Of a DNA stretch of 64,000 nt, positions 32,583-43,806 are shown piece by piece; position 1 is the first letter of the stretch, and every line of letters starts with the position of its first letter. Source of the stretch: an uncultured delta proteobacterium (GTDB taxonomy: Bacteria > Desulfobacterota > Binatia > Bin18); the NCBI GenBank assembly GCA_963733195.1, contig CAVTCR010000024.1, forward strand, positions 1-64,000, in the 5' to 3' direction. Made by a program: the position numbers and the translations under genes. The notes below the pieces were generated by a model that saw only the letters and a list, made by a program, of their open reading frames with translations, was not told where the DNA came from and searched no databases.

Positions 32583-33780
32583 ATGAGTGGCTACACTATT
32601 ATTGACGTCGATACCCATGTGACCGAGAGTCCAGACCTGTGGACCAGTCGCGCGCCAGCCGGATGCGTGACCAAGTGCCGCGCATCGAGACCAGCAGCGA
32701 TGGCCGCCTGTCGTGGATCGTGGGAGGCACCCCGATGTTGGCCAGCCCTGGTTTGACGGCGACCGCTGGAGTGGGGAATTTCAAGAATCCACCCAAAAAC
32801 TACGAGGAGATGCACCCTGGAGCCTACGATGCCAAGGCGCGGCTCAAGTACATGGACAAAATGGGCATCTGGGCCATGGTCATGTATCCCAATGTCGGTG
32901 GCTTTGGCGCGCAAGAGTTCTTAAAGTTGAATGACCCGGAGCTGATGCTGACTTGCGTGCAGATCTACAACGATTGGCAGACCGAATGGGCATCCGCCGA
33001 CTCGCGCCGCTTACTGCCAATCACCTCGCTGCCGTTTTGGGATGTCGCAGCCGCAGTAAAGGAAGTGCGTCGCTGTGCCGCTAAGGGTCATAAGGGCATC
33101 CTGTTCACGGGCGAACCCCAATCCTTGGGCCAGCCGTTGCTGGGCGATCCCCAGTGGAATCCGTTGTGGGAAGTGGCCTGCGAGCTTGATCTGCCGATCA
33201 GTTTCCATATTGGCTCAGGCAATATGGAGATGGGGTTATTGCAGACCAAGATCGCTGCGTATGGCAAGATGGCCGCGTTTACCGAGCTGTCGGTGGACAT
33301 CTTTCTGCGCAACGGCATCCAGATGAATGACTTGATCATGTCTGGGGTGTTAGCGCGCTATCCGAAGATCAAGTTCATCTCGGTGGAGAGTGGGATTGGC
33401 TGGATTCCGTTTGTCCTTGAAGCGTTGGATTATCAGTTCCGGGGCAATGATGTGGCCGAGGAGCATCCGGAGTTTGACCTGCTGCCGTCAGAGTACTTCG
33501 CGCGCAACGTGTATGCGTGTTACTGGTTTGAGCAGACGGCGCCGCGGCGGCTGATTGACAAGGTGGGGGTGGACAACATTCTGTTTGAGACGGACTTTCC
33601 GCATCCGACCTCGTTATACGGCGAGGAAGTGCACGCGCGGATCAAGGGTGGACTCTCAGATTGTGAGGAATCGGTACGGCGCAAGATTCTGTGGGGGAAT
33701 GGGCAGAAGCTGTACAAAGTGACGGCCCCCACTGCCAGGACGAGGCGCGGCGCGCGGCGTAGGCGACTGGGAAGCAATTG
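32583..33780 (+). CDS. Amidohydrolase-2 family protein (frameshift ~32650)
   Basis: IIDVDTHVTE, YPN, YNDW, FHIG, VESGIGW and FETDFPHP. Confidence 0.88.
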
Positions 33781-33798
33781 TTAGAAAAAGGAAACGGT

Positions 33799-34894
33799 AT
33801 GAAAGCGGCAGTACTCTATGAGCGAAAGACGCCCTTGAAAGTTGAGGACGTTGATCTCGATGCGCCAAAAGCGGGAGAGGTCTTAGTCAAAGTCGTCGCC
33901 AATGGCGTGTGCCATAGTGACTATTCGGTGATCCACGGAGTATTGCCGCTCCCTCTGCCGGTCGTACCTGGGCATGAAGGCGCGGGCATCGTCGAAGAGG
34001 TGGGACCTGGCGTCACTTTGGTGAAGCCCGGAGACCATGTCGTGCTCTCGGCAGTCCCCTATTGTGGCCACTGTTACTACTGTTCGTTTGGTGAGTTCGT
34101 GCAGTGTGAAAGCACAGTGGTCGTGATGGGCCGAGGGACCCTCGCAGATGGGACGTCGCGTCTGCACAAGAACGGGACGGCGCTTCACCATATGGCGGGT
34201 CTCTCAAGCATGGCGCAATACGCCGTGGTTGCGGAGCTGGCGTGCATTAAAATTCCCCAAGAGGTCCCACTACAAACTGCGTGTTTGGTGGGCTGCGGCG
34301 TGATAACGGGAGTTGGGGCGGCGATCAATACCGCCAATGTCGCCGCCGGCAGCAGTACCGTGGTGATCGGCTGTGGCGGCGTCGGCTTGAACGTGATCCA
34401 GGGTTGCGTGCTGGCCGGAGCGGGCACGATCATCGCAGTTGATTTGCTCGACAACAAGCTCGAAGCGGCCACACAGTTCGGCGCGACTCATACCATTAAC
34501 CCACAGCGGCAGGAGGTAGTGAAAACCGTTCGTTCACTCACAGAGGGTAGAGGCGCCGATTACGCCTTTGAGGTGATTGGGTTAGGGAAAGACGATCGAG
34601 CTGGCTTATGCCTGCATCCGCCGGAGAGGGACCGCGATCATTGTTGGTGCGGCAGCACGAGACGATCGGGTGACATTGCCGGCGGCGAGTTTTCTCGGTG
34701 AGAAGACTCTCAAGGGCTCGGCGTATGGGTCTGCGCGTCCCCGCGTGGACTTGCCGCGGCTCATCGACCTGTACATGAAAAAGAAACTCAAGCTCGATGA
34801 GTTAGTGACGCGCACCTATCCGCTTGACGAGGTGAACGAGGCGATGACCGCTCTGGAGAAGGGTGAAGTCGTCCGTAGTGTGCTCGTCATGTAA
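33799..34894 (+). CDS. Zn-dependent alcohol dehydrogenase (class III-like); frameshift ~34590
   Basis: GVCHSD, GHEGAG, CGHCYYC, GCGV.TG.GA and GCGGVG. Confidence 0.92.
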
Positions 34895-35112
34895 GGGTTA
34901 GTGCCGAGTGCGGTAATTACGGAGTGAAGTTTTGTCGCGGGCATGTGTTAGTGAGCCTGCTGCGCATTTTATACGCTGGGTACTGCGGACTTCGGAAACA
35001 ACTGTATCGCAAAGTTCTCGTTTGCTTAAATAAGCGTACTGAAGTGGCTTGAGTGCCTGGCAAAGTCGATTGAAAAACTACAACGAGAGGGGAACTCAAT
35101 CAGAGGATCGAC

Positions 35113-36738
35113 ATGACAAATACTTTACCGACTGCACCGACTGTTACAAATGGAGCGATCGAGCAATATGATGTGGTTATCATTGGCGCTGGGGTTGCCG
35201 GGCTGTACCAGTTGTACCGCATCCGGCAACTGGGGCTCTCGGTACGGGTCTTCGATGATGGCGGTGGCGTTGGTGGAACGTGGTACTGGAACCGCTATCC
35301 AGGCTGCCGCTTCGATTCCGAGAGTTACACTTATGGCTATTCGTGGTCAGAGGAACTGTTGCAGGAATGGGATTGGAAGGAGCATTTCTCTGGCCAGCCG
35401 GAGAACGAGCGTTACCTCAACTATGTTGCCGACAAGTTCGATCTGCGGCGTGACATTCAGCTCAATGCGCGGGTCACCTCAGCGGTCTTCGACGAAAAGG
35501 AGAACCGCTGGGAACTCGCGCTTGCTAGTGGTCAGCGAGTGCGCGCACGCTTCGTCATCGCCGCGGTCGGGCTACTGTCTGCGCATTATGTTCCTAATAT
35601 CGCAGGAATCGATAGCTTCAAGGGCGAGTCGTATCATACTTCCCGCTGGCCGAAGGAAAATGTAAACCTCACCGGCAAGCGCGTGGCAGTCATTGGCACC
35701 GGTGCCACCGCGGTACAGCTCATCCCGGTCATTGCCAAAGAAGTCGGCCATCTGACCGTTTTCCAGCGCACGCCCAATTACTGTGCGCCGCTACGGAACT
35801 CGCTGATCGACCCGGAGACGCAACGTAAGATCAAGGCGAGTTATCCTGAAATCTTCAAAAAGTGTCGCGAGACTCCTGCCGCTTTTATGCACGACTTCGA
35901 CCCACGTAAGACCCTGGAAGTCCCAAAGGAAGAGCGACTGGCGTTGTATGAGGAGCTATGGGCACAACCGGGGTTCAAGAAATGGTTGGGCAATTTCCAC
36001 GACATCATGATCGATAAAGAGGCTAACGAGGACTTCGCCGAGTTCGTCCGCAACAAGATTCGGGCGCGCGTCAAAGATCCAGTGGTAGCGGAAAAGCTCG
36101 TGCCCAAGGATCATCCGTTCGGCTCCAAGCGCATCCCGTTAGAGACCGAGTATTACGAGGCGTACAATCGCGACAACGTCTTGCTGGTCGATCTCAAAGA
36201 AACTCCAATCGAGAGCATCACGCCCAAAGGTATCAAGACGAGTGAGAAGGAGTATGAATTTGACGTCATCATCTATGCGACGGGGTTTGATGCAGTGACG
36301 GGAGCGTTGACGCGGATTGACATACGTGGGGAAGGGGGGCAGACGCTCAAGGACAAATGGACTGATGGTCCACGCAACTACTTGGGACTGCAAACTGCTG
36401 GTTTCCCCAATTTCTTCATTGCTAATGCCGCCGCGTTTTGTAACGTCCCCCGTTGCATCGAGATCGTGGTGGAATGGATTCGCGATTGTATCGGCTATAT
36501 GCACAAGAAGCACTTGAAGCGCATCGCGGCCACCCCACAGGCAGAAGACGCCTGGGTGGAGCACTCCAATGAGTTGCTCGTGGGCTCGCTCTTGACCCAA
36601 GCGAACTCCTGGTTTGTCGGGGCGAATATTCCTGGCAAGAAACGCGCGTTCTTGCTGTATGCCAATACTGCTCCAGCTTACCGCGAAAAGTGTGCGGAAG
36701 TGGCAGCTAAGGGATATGAAGGGTTTGTGCTTCAATAA
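35113..36738 (+). CDS. Type I Baeyer-Villiger monooxygenase
   Basis: GAGVAG, GGTWYWNRYPG and the fingerprint FKGESYHTSRWP (FxGxxxHxxxW[PD]); GTGATAVQ. Confidence 0.95.
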   Translation: MTNTLPTAPTVTNGAIEQYDVVIIGAGVAGLYQLYRIRQLGLSVRVFDDGGGVGGTWYWNRYPGCRFDSESYTYGYSWSEELLQEWDWKEHFSGQPENERYLNYVADKFDLRRDIQLNARVTSAVFDEKENRWELALASGQRVRARFVIAAVGLLSAHYVPNIAGIDSFKGESYHTSRWPKENVNLTGKRVAVIGTGATAVQLIPVIAKEVGHLTVFQRTPNYCAPLRNSLIDPETQRKIKASYPEIFKKCRETPAAFMHDFDPRKTLEVPKEERLALYEELWAQPGFKKWLGNFHDIMIDKEANEDFAEFVRNKIRARVKDPVVAEKLVPKDHPFGSKRIPLETEYYEAYNRDNVLLVDLKETPIESITPKGIKTSEKEYEFDVIIYATGFDAVTGALTRIDIRGEGGQTLKDKWTDGPRNYLGLQTAGFPNFFIANAAAFCNVPRCIEIVVEWIRDCIGYMHKKHLKRIAATPQAEDAWVEHSNELLVGSLLTQANSWFVGANIPGKKRAFLLYANTAPAYREKCAEVAAKGYEGFVLQ

Positions 36739-36784
36739 AGAGGCCCCTTGTTTCTTTCCGAGTAGACTCGCACAACGTGCCAAC

Positions 36785-37546
36785 ATGCCTGTAAAGAAGA
36801 TCACCGTATCGAGGAAGCGTACCGCCATTGAGGAAGAGATCCTCCGTGTGGCGGCGGATAAGTTTGGCAAACAAGGCTATCAAGCCACGACGCTGGACGA
36901 GATTGCCGCTGCGGCGGGAATCTCGCGGGCGGCGTTCTATCTCTATTTCCCCAACAAAGAAGAACTCCTGCACCGGATGTATACCCAGGTCATTGCCACC
37001 AGCCAGGCGGCAGTCGAGCAGATTGCTGCCGAGCACCTCCCAGTCTCTGAGAAGCTGCGGCGGATTATTCGGCACCAAGTCCGCTACATGGCTGCGAATA
37101 TTCCGCTGACGCAAGTCTTTTTCTCCGAGATCTTCAATTTGCGCCCGGAACTGGGCCAGTGGGTGAGGAGTGCGAACCGCGCTTTCGGTGAGGTGATCGA
37201 GCGAGTGGTAAACGAGGGAGTGCAGACAGGGGAGTTGATTCCGCTACACCCCAAGCAGTTTACCTATGCGCTGATGGGGATGTGCAACTGGATGTACCGT
37301 TGGTACCGACCTGGTGGCGAGTGGACTCCTGACACGGTGGCAGAGGAATTCATTCGCATCCTTGAATCCGGCTATCTCACACGGAGAGTGGAGCAGCCCC
37401 ATGCCCCCTGCGCACCAGAGGTACAGGCGTTACGACGTGAGGTGACAGAGTTGAAGTCGATGATTGAGACGCTCGTCCGCGCCGCACAGCCGGGCAGAAC
37501 CAGGACGTCCCGGAACGGTCCTCGCCCGTCTTCCAATGCGCGCTAA
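36785..37546 (+). CDS. TetR family regulator (KstR2-like C-domain) with coiled-coil tail
   Basis: F...GY.ATTLDEIAAAAGISRAAFYLYFPNKEEL; GMCNWMYRWYRPGG. Confidence 0.9.
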   Translation: MPVKKITVSRKRTAIEEEILRVAADKFGKQGYQATTLDEIAAAAGISRAAFYLYFPNKEELLHRMYTQVIATSQAAVEQIAAEHLPVSEKLRRIIRHQVRYMAANIPLTQVFFSEIFNLRPELGQWVRSANRAFGEVIERVVNEGVQTGELIPLHPKQFTYALMGMCNWMYRWYRPGGEWTPDTVAEEFIRILESGYLTRRVEQPHAPCAPEVQALRREVTELKSMIETLVRAAQPGRTRTSRNGPRPSSNAR

Positions 37547-37568
37547 GTCGAACAATTCTACGCCTGAC

Positions 37569-38660
37569 CTACAGCGAGTCAGCGAACCCCTTGATATCGC
37601 GGAGGGTGGCCGCGTACACCTCCGGGAGCGCCTTGCGGAACAGGACGTCAGCAGCGTGACACGTGCCGTTGACGGTCCGGCTGTACACGCGCACTCCAGC
37701 CGCCATGAGCTTCTGATAATATTTCAGTCCCTCGTCCCGTAGTGGGTCTAACTCGTTGACTGAGATAACATGCGGGGGCAACCCTTGCAGATCCTCGCGC
37801 GTGGCCCAGTATGGCCAGCACAGCGGATTGGTGGCGTTTTTGTTCTCAGGGTCATAGATGCTCGCCAGCACTTCCATCGAGCGAACGTCGATCAAGTAGC
37901 AGTTGTTTTCCACCAGCGACGGGAGCTCTTTGCTCTTCTGCGCCCAGGCGCCATAAATGTACGGGCACAGGGCGTAGACTCCAGCAATCTGAGCAAGGCG
38001 GTTGTCCTTTTTGGCTTTTAAACACACAGCCAAGGCAAGATTGCCACCACCAGATTCACCAGATGTGATAATCTTTGAGATTCCCAAGGCAGCCTTGTGG
38101 TCAAACACCCACTGCAGGCCACTCATGCAGTCGTTGAGACCCGCAGGAAATGGATGATTGCCTAGCTTGCCCGCGCCATTACGAAATTCCACGCCGACCA
38201 CGACCATGCCGAGGGCAGCCAGCTCGTCACGCCAGCGCACATAGGTCGGGCCAGCGGCCGTCAGCAGGACCATACCGCCGCCGTGCGTATGATACACGCA
38301 GGGGAGTGGGCCGGACATGTTCTGGGGCGTATGGATATAGAGACTGATGTCGTTCCCATCCACGCCCTTGATGACTTCAGTCCGCCGCTTCACGTTGGTA
38401 ATCGGAGGGAGGTCAGCGAACACAGCAGCAAACACGGCTTCCATGCCCGACTCGTTGGCTGCAGCGTAGGCAAGCTTGTCCGCCAAGGGCGAGTTTGCAG
38501 TAACCGGAACGGGTGGAGGAGCAACGTCTAGAGCAAAGGGGGCGCAAGCGGCGACCAAGCGCGGATCAGCGCGTGGATCAGTCTTCAAAACTCTGCTGGG
38601 ATCACCGAGACGGCCAGGTAAGAGAGGCAGCTCGCTGATGTTTTGTGTGGAGGTTGTCAT
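37569..38660 (-). CDS. Family IV (HSL-type) esterase/lactonase
   Basis: HTHGGG oxyanion motif, GESGG nucleophile, DPLRDEG and terminal His. Confidence 0.9.
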   Translation of the reverse strand: MTTSTQNISELPLLPGRLGDPSRVLKTDPRADPRLVAACAPFALDVAPPPVPVTANSPLADKLAYAAANESGMEAVFAAVFADLPPITNVKRRTEVIKGVDGNDISLYIHTPQNMSGPLPCVYHTHGGGMVLLTAAGPTYVRWRDELAALGMVVVGVEFRNGAGKLGNHPFPAGLNDCMSGLQWVFDHKAALGISKIITSGESGGGNLALAVCLKAKKDNRLAQIAGVYALCPYIYGAWAQKSKELPSLVENNCYLIDVRSMEVLASIYDPENKNATNPLCWPYWATREDLQGLPPHVISVNELDPLRDEGLKYYQKLMAAGVRVYSRTVNGTCHAADVLFRKALPEVYAATLRDIKGFADSL

Positions 38661-38718
38661 TGTAATACTCCTTCCTGAATTCATTGGTACGTCTGATACA
38701 AGGAGAAGAACGAACAAG

Positions 38719-39243
38719 CTAGACCGGACGCGCAAGGATGTCGTTCAGTGATTGGCCGCCCACGTCCGTGGCTTCCAACCGGGCCCGATAACGAATCGAA
38801 ATGCGCAGGAAACAAAACCGCCAGCGATCGGCTTCACGACGGAATCGATGCTGATACGTGCCGATCAGCACCCGATCGTTCGCCACGATCTCGAAAAAGT
38901 ACGCTAGGGTGGTGGCCTCGTCACCTTTGAGGTCAATCTGCATGTTGGTACTGATATGACCGGTGACGAACATGGGCTTAGCGCCGTGTGGAAGAATTGT
39001 CCCGGTTCGCTGATAAAAGTCTTTGATGATCGATTGTCGACTGCGATACTGCCCATCCAATCCTTTCACAAGATGGTCTAGTCCATCCATCTCGAGTACC
39101 GCATCCTCGGTGAAGACGTCGCCGAGCGCGACCCAATCAGCGGAATCCAGTCGCATACAATAGTCCCGCCAAGTGTGCCGAATGGCTTCGAGGTCTTCCA
39201 GGCGTGCAATACGTGCCACCAAGTCGTCGATCTTGTCGCTCAT
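38719..39243 (-). CDS. SnoaL/NTF2-like protein
   Basis: RLEDLEAIR....DYC.RLD..DW....VFTEDA; G.Y...FRRE...WRF. Confidence 0.85.
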   Translation of the reverse strand: MSDKIDDLVARIARLEDLEAIRHTWRDYCMRLDSADWVALGDVFTEDAVLEMDGLDHLVKGLDGQYRSRQSIIKDFYQRTGTILPHGAKPMFVTGHISTNMQIDLKGDEATTLAYFFEIVANDRVLIGTYQHRFRREADRWRFCFLRISIRYRARLEATDVGGQSLNDILARPV

Positions 39244-39322
39244 ATGATCTGCCTTACCTTTCCGAGCGTCCCCCAGTAAAATGCCAACTCCGCAAAAGAC
39301 GTTCAACCAACGGGGCTCACTA

Positions 39323-39445
39323 ATGAGGTTACTGCCACCTCACCGGTAGTATATCTCGCTATTGAAATTCCTGAGCATCAAAAAAATCTGGTGTAATATC
39401 CTCTCGTTTCACCCATTTTGTCAAGCCTTTTCTCAACAGTAACAC
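39323..39445 (-). repeat. Dispersed promoter-bearing repeat, copy 3
   Basis: TTGACA (39424-39419)-N18-GATATT on the minus strand, pointing into the SnoaL-esterase genes. Confidence 0.7.
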
Positions 39446-39599
39446 TGCTAGTTTGGTGCTATATCCAAAGGATCAGTACGCATGGATCTCATGCTGTCCT
39501 TCTTGAGTTTTCCAGCATTTACGTCTACGCGAGAGAGCGAACCGATCGTATCTCGCTGCGCAACCACGGGTTGGGCGAAGCAATCAGAAGGGGTATCGA

Positions 39600-40842
39600 A
39601 TGAAGAAAGCAGAATTTTACCGAGAAGCAAACCCGAACGTCGCACGGTCCGCTGGAAGGGCTGGTCGTGCTTGAAGCATGTACGACGTACGCCGGGCCGG
39701 TGGCCGCAGCGGAGCTGGCCGATTTGGGGGCGGAGGTCATCAAATGTGAGCTGCCTGTGACCGGCGATGTCTGTCGTCTGTTTGGGCCGCGCGTGCCGAA
39801 CGCGCCGACGCAGGATAGCAGCGCGCCATTTCTGAGCATCAACCGCAACAAGAAAGCGATTACCTTGAACTTTCATCTGCCGCGCGGGCAGGAAATCTTT
39901 CGCCAGCTGGCGCGGCGCGCGGATGTCATTCTACAAAACTTCCGCCCCGGCGCTTTGGACAAATGGCATATCGGCTATGAAGATATCCGAGCGATCAAGC
40001 CGGACATCGTGTACGTATCGATTTCCTGTTTGGGCCAGTGGGGCCCGCTGTCTGCGAAGGTCGGCTATGACACGGACGCGCAAGCGATGGGTGGCATCAT
40101 GTCGATCACCGGACAAGCTGATGGTCCGCCGACGAAGACCGGCCATGCGAGCATCGATTATCTGACCGGAGTAAAGGCGGCACAAGCAGCGCTCGCAGCG
40201 CTCGTGCGGCGACTACGCACCGGCGAGGGCCAACATGTCGATATCGCGATGGTGGATTGTGCGCTGTCAGTCACGGAAGGAGGGGTGATGCAAGCCGCCA
40301 TGACCGGTGAGGTGTGGCAACGGAAAGGTAACCGGCATCCCGCCTCCGCTCCCTGCAATAGTTTTCTCTGTCAGGATGGTTACGTGATGCTCGCTGTGGC
40401 GCATGACAAACAGTGGGCGAGCCTGTGTCGGATCATCGGTCGAGAAGACTTTGCGAGCGATCCGCGCACGGCGACGGTGGCGGCGCGCAAAGTAAACGAG
40501 GAAATTGTCGAGCAGCTCGTGAGCGAGTGGGTGCGTCAACGCACCCGGCACGAGGTCGTCACGGCACTCAACGCTGCGAGCATTGCTGTGTCACCGGTGT
40601 TGGACTTCGGGGACATCATTCGGGAGCCACATTTCCGGGAACGGGAAATCGTCTGCGAGGTTGAGCACTCAACGGCCGGGACATTGACGCACTATGGCGT
40701 CGCGCCCAAATTCGCCAAAACGCCGGCACGGGTGCGCTCGGCGGCGCCCGTGCTCGGGCAACATAATGCGGAGATTTATGGGTCCTGGCTCGGGTATGAC
40801 GAGGCGACGTTGGCAGAGTTGGCAAAGGAGGAGGTCATTTAG
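39600..40842 (+). CDS. Family III CoA-transferase (CaiB/BaiF); frameshift near the start
   Basis: AGP....LADLGAEVIKCE, NRNKK, NFRPG, GYD and APVLGQHN. Confidence 0.9.
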
Positions 40843-40944
40843 CGTGTGAAAAGCAGAACTCAAGTAGAACCTTGACCTCTGAAATATTAATCAGAGTCTC
40901 GTACGGCCCACACAGACAGCATGACAAAAAAGGAGGAAACAAAA

Positions 40945-41769
40945 ATGGTATATACTACATTGCAATTGACACAGGACGAAGCGGTGTTGACGATCACCGT
41001 CAATCGCCCCGAAGTACTCAACGCCCAGAGTCGGCTGATGCTGGAGGAATTTGACCAGGCCATGGATGAGGCCGCCGAAAACGAGAGCGTAAAAGTCGTC
41101 ATTGTTGCCGGTGCTGGCAAACACTTTTCAGCCGGACATGATATAGGCAGCCCACAAGAAAAAGAAGACCAACGCCAGCGTCCCTATGCCCCAGGAATGC
41201 CTGGCGAATATAAACGTGGCCGCGATCTGTATTTAGATAATACGTTACGCTGGCGTGACTTTCCCAAACCGACCATTGCCCAAGTGCAAGGCTACTGCAT
41301 TATGGGCGGTCTCATGCTGGCGTCGGCGTGCGACTTGATCCTCGCCGCAGACGATGCCAAGTTCTGTGACCGCACCGTCCGCTGGGCAGGCGCACACGTG
41401 CAGTATGCCAGTCTGGCCTGGGACATCGGGTTCCGCAAGGCAAAGGAATATCTGTTTACGGGTGATTGGCTCACCGCAGACGAAGCGTTACGTTTGGGAC
41501 TGGTCAATCGAGTCGTGCCCCGTGCACAGTTGGAAACCGAGACCATGCAACTAGCCCAGCGTATCGCGTTACAGGACCCGTTTGCGTTGCGGATCGCAAA
41601 ATTCTCGATGAATCAGATGCAAGACGAAATGGGGTTTCGCACGGGGATTACCAACGCCTTTCAAAACTATGCTTTGACTCGAGTCTACCGTCTCACTAAA
41701 GGTGAAGACACTATGAGTGGAGCCGAGCGGGCCCGGCGTCGGGATGAAGTTTTTGGTGATAATAAGTGA
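40945..41769 (+). CDS. Enoyl-CoA hydratase-like protein
   Basis: NRPEVLNAQ, GAGKHFSAGHD and PKPTIAQVQGYCIMGG. Confidence 0.9.
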   Translation: MVYTTLQLTQDEAVLTITVNRPEVLNAQSRLMLEEFDQAMDEAAENESVKVVIVAGAGKHFSAGHDIGSPQEKEDQRQRPYAPGMPGEYKRGRDLYLDNTLRWRDFPKPTIAQVQGYCIMGGLMLASACDLILAADDAKFCDRTVRWAGAHVQYASLAWDIGFRKAKEYLFTGDWLTADEALRLGLVNRVVPRAQLETETMQLAQRIALQDPFALRIAKFSMNQMQDEMGFRTGITNAFQNYALTRVYRLTKGEDTMSGAERARRRDEVFGDNK

Positions 41770-41868
41770 GCCGGACCACTACTGCTTCCTCCCTGCTAAT
41801 CCGTTACGCGGGTGGCATCGGTGAGCCTGACCTGATATCAGCCTTCGACCCTACGGAGTGTCTTAGCT

Positions 41869-43425
41869 ATGAATTTTTATGCCCACCGACCCAATCAGCA
41901 TCTTGGTCGTAGTGAACGCGCACTCATGCGCATCGCCGCCGATCTGACGAGCTTCCTGCTCAAAGCTCAGCGGTCCCTGACTTTTGAGACACTGCATCTG
42001 CCCAAGCACCAACGCGAGGTCTTAGCCAAGATCTTGGTGGAGTTCGCTGAAGACCTGTACCAGGACATTGGCATCTGGCGCAGTCTGGAACAGTACAATC
42101 TCGATTTCTTTGGTACGAAACTCCCCTGCGTTCTTCAGGCAGAGGGTCCGCACGATACACAGCCGGTGAATCCCGCGCGGGTTCAGTATTTGCTATGGAC
42201 GCTCTACAGCCAATTTGAACCCGAGTTGATCCTCGCTCCCCAGCATCAGGACTTGGTACGGTTGGCGGCGGTGATTGCGGCGTTTCTGCATGAGCGTTTT
42301 GCTCACCTGCAGTTTGACTCGGGGGTGAAAACCTTCCTCACTCAGCCGAACACCTATGGATGGGATGTCAAAAAAAAGCTCATCTGGTTAGGTCAGCACT
42401 CCTATCTCTTTCGCCTGAGTTTCGGTAATTATGTCCATGCGCATGGAGGGAAACCTGATATTCCCACCATTGATGATTTTCTGTGTCAAGAAACTACCTG
42501 TTGGTCCGGCCTCGGCGTTATCGATCTGTTGGCCGCGCTCCTCGACATTACGGTCGAGCAACGCGCCAGCGTACGCGGTTGGTATGAACGACATAGTGCG
42601 TATTTCCGCGTGGTCGCGGTGCGCGAGCCGTTCCTGGAAGTCGTGAACCTGCTCAATGAGCAATCCTATACGGTCAGAGTGGAAGTAGAAGCGAAGCGGT
42701 TCGAAACAGGTACGTTGGTGTACGGCAGTTTGGTGCCCTGGGATGGTACATGGTATTGGTCCGGGGTGCAGCAGGTCTTTGGCCCTGTTACCAACGACAT
42801 TATTCAGCGCATACGCAAAGAATTTTCTCTCAAAGCTCCTCATATCGTCTATCGATATTGTGAATCTTTGGCTGAGAAAGCCCGGGAGATCGTGGGCAAG
42901 CACTACCAGCAATTTGTTGCCTACTATGGCAAGGATCTCATCCGTTATCCCGATAGCCGCTCGATGGCGGAGGATATGCGCAAGTTCTACCGTTACCAAA
43001 ATGAAGCGACAGCAAAGGACCTCCCTGCAGCAGACCGCCAAAAGTACAATCGTTCCGACTTGTCTCAGCCTCTGGCGCTGCCGTCGGAACTCCTCAAAAT
43101 GAAGAATGGCGTTGGCATCTATTTTAACCCCGCTGAAGGACAAGAGATAATGGAAGGCTTCAACGCTATTGTCAGTGGATTGCAGAAGCAAGGTGAACAT
43201 GTGACCGACGACGAAGCCGAAAGCCTCAGAGCATTGCTGTATTCTGATGCTATTAGCCCACAGTTTGTGAGAACGTTAGTTCGGGAATATGGTGATACCT
43301 CTATCGCCGCCGCGTTTTTGATCCAGCGTGAGGCCGCTCCTCAGTATCTGGAATATTTGCTGCGGAGATATAAGGGACATTTCTATCGCCGCCGTTATCC
43401 CAGCCTCACACTGGTTGACCAGTGA
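41869..43425 (+). CDS. Hypothetical protein (DUF3843-like)
   Basis: Long intact ORF; WL...SYLF, GIYFNP..G.EI and YLLRRYKG.FYR motifs. Confidence 0.6.
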   Translation: MNFYAHRPNQHLGRSERALMRIAADLTSFLLKAQRSLTFETLHLPKHQREVLAKILVEFAEDLYQDIGIWRSLEQYNLDFFGTKLPCVLQAEGPHDTQPVNPARVQYLLWTLYSQFEPELILAPQHQDLVRLAAVIAAFLHERFAHLQFDSGVKTFLTQPNTYGWDVKKKLIWLGQHSYLFRLSFGNYVHAHGGKPDIPTIDDFLCQETTCWSGLGVIDLLAALLDITVEQRASVRGWYERHSAYFRVVAVREPFLEVVNLLNEQSYTVRVEVEAKRFETGTLVYGSLVPWDGTWYWSGVQQVFGPVTNDIIQRIRKEFSLKAPHIVYRYCESLAEKAREIVGKHYQQFVAYYGKDLIRYPDSRSMAEDMRKFYRYQNEATAKDLPAADRQKYNRSDLSQPLALPSELLKMKNGVGIYFNPAEGQEIMEGFNAIVSGLQKQGEHVTDDEAESLRALLYSDAISPQFVRTLVREYGDTSIAAAFLIQREAAPQYLEYLLRRYKGHFYRRRYPSLTLVDQ

Positions 43426-43806
43426 GAAGGGAGAGGATGAGTGCAAGTAAGCTGATCCTGATCGCTTCGATGTGTTGCGCAACCCGTGGGACCTCTGGAC
43501 CACCGAGGAGATGACACGTGGTGATGGACTCGCCGTGCGCGACCCAAAGACCCTGCCACTACGGTTTGAGATGACGTGCAGAGCAGGCGCATGAACCGGT
43601 GATATAACGAAAAGTGAGAAAGAAAGCTCGAATAATTGGGGCCAAGTCTTGAAGCGAACAGATGATGATTTCGTTAAGAGAAAAGCGAAACAATTGTCGA
43701 AGTAAAGACCTGACCCTAATGTCCTGGTCGCGAGTGCTTCTCCCCGATTTTCACCTGTGCCCCCCGAGCCGCTCTTTGTGCTTGCCCGGAGGACACGGGT
43801 CGCGCT

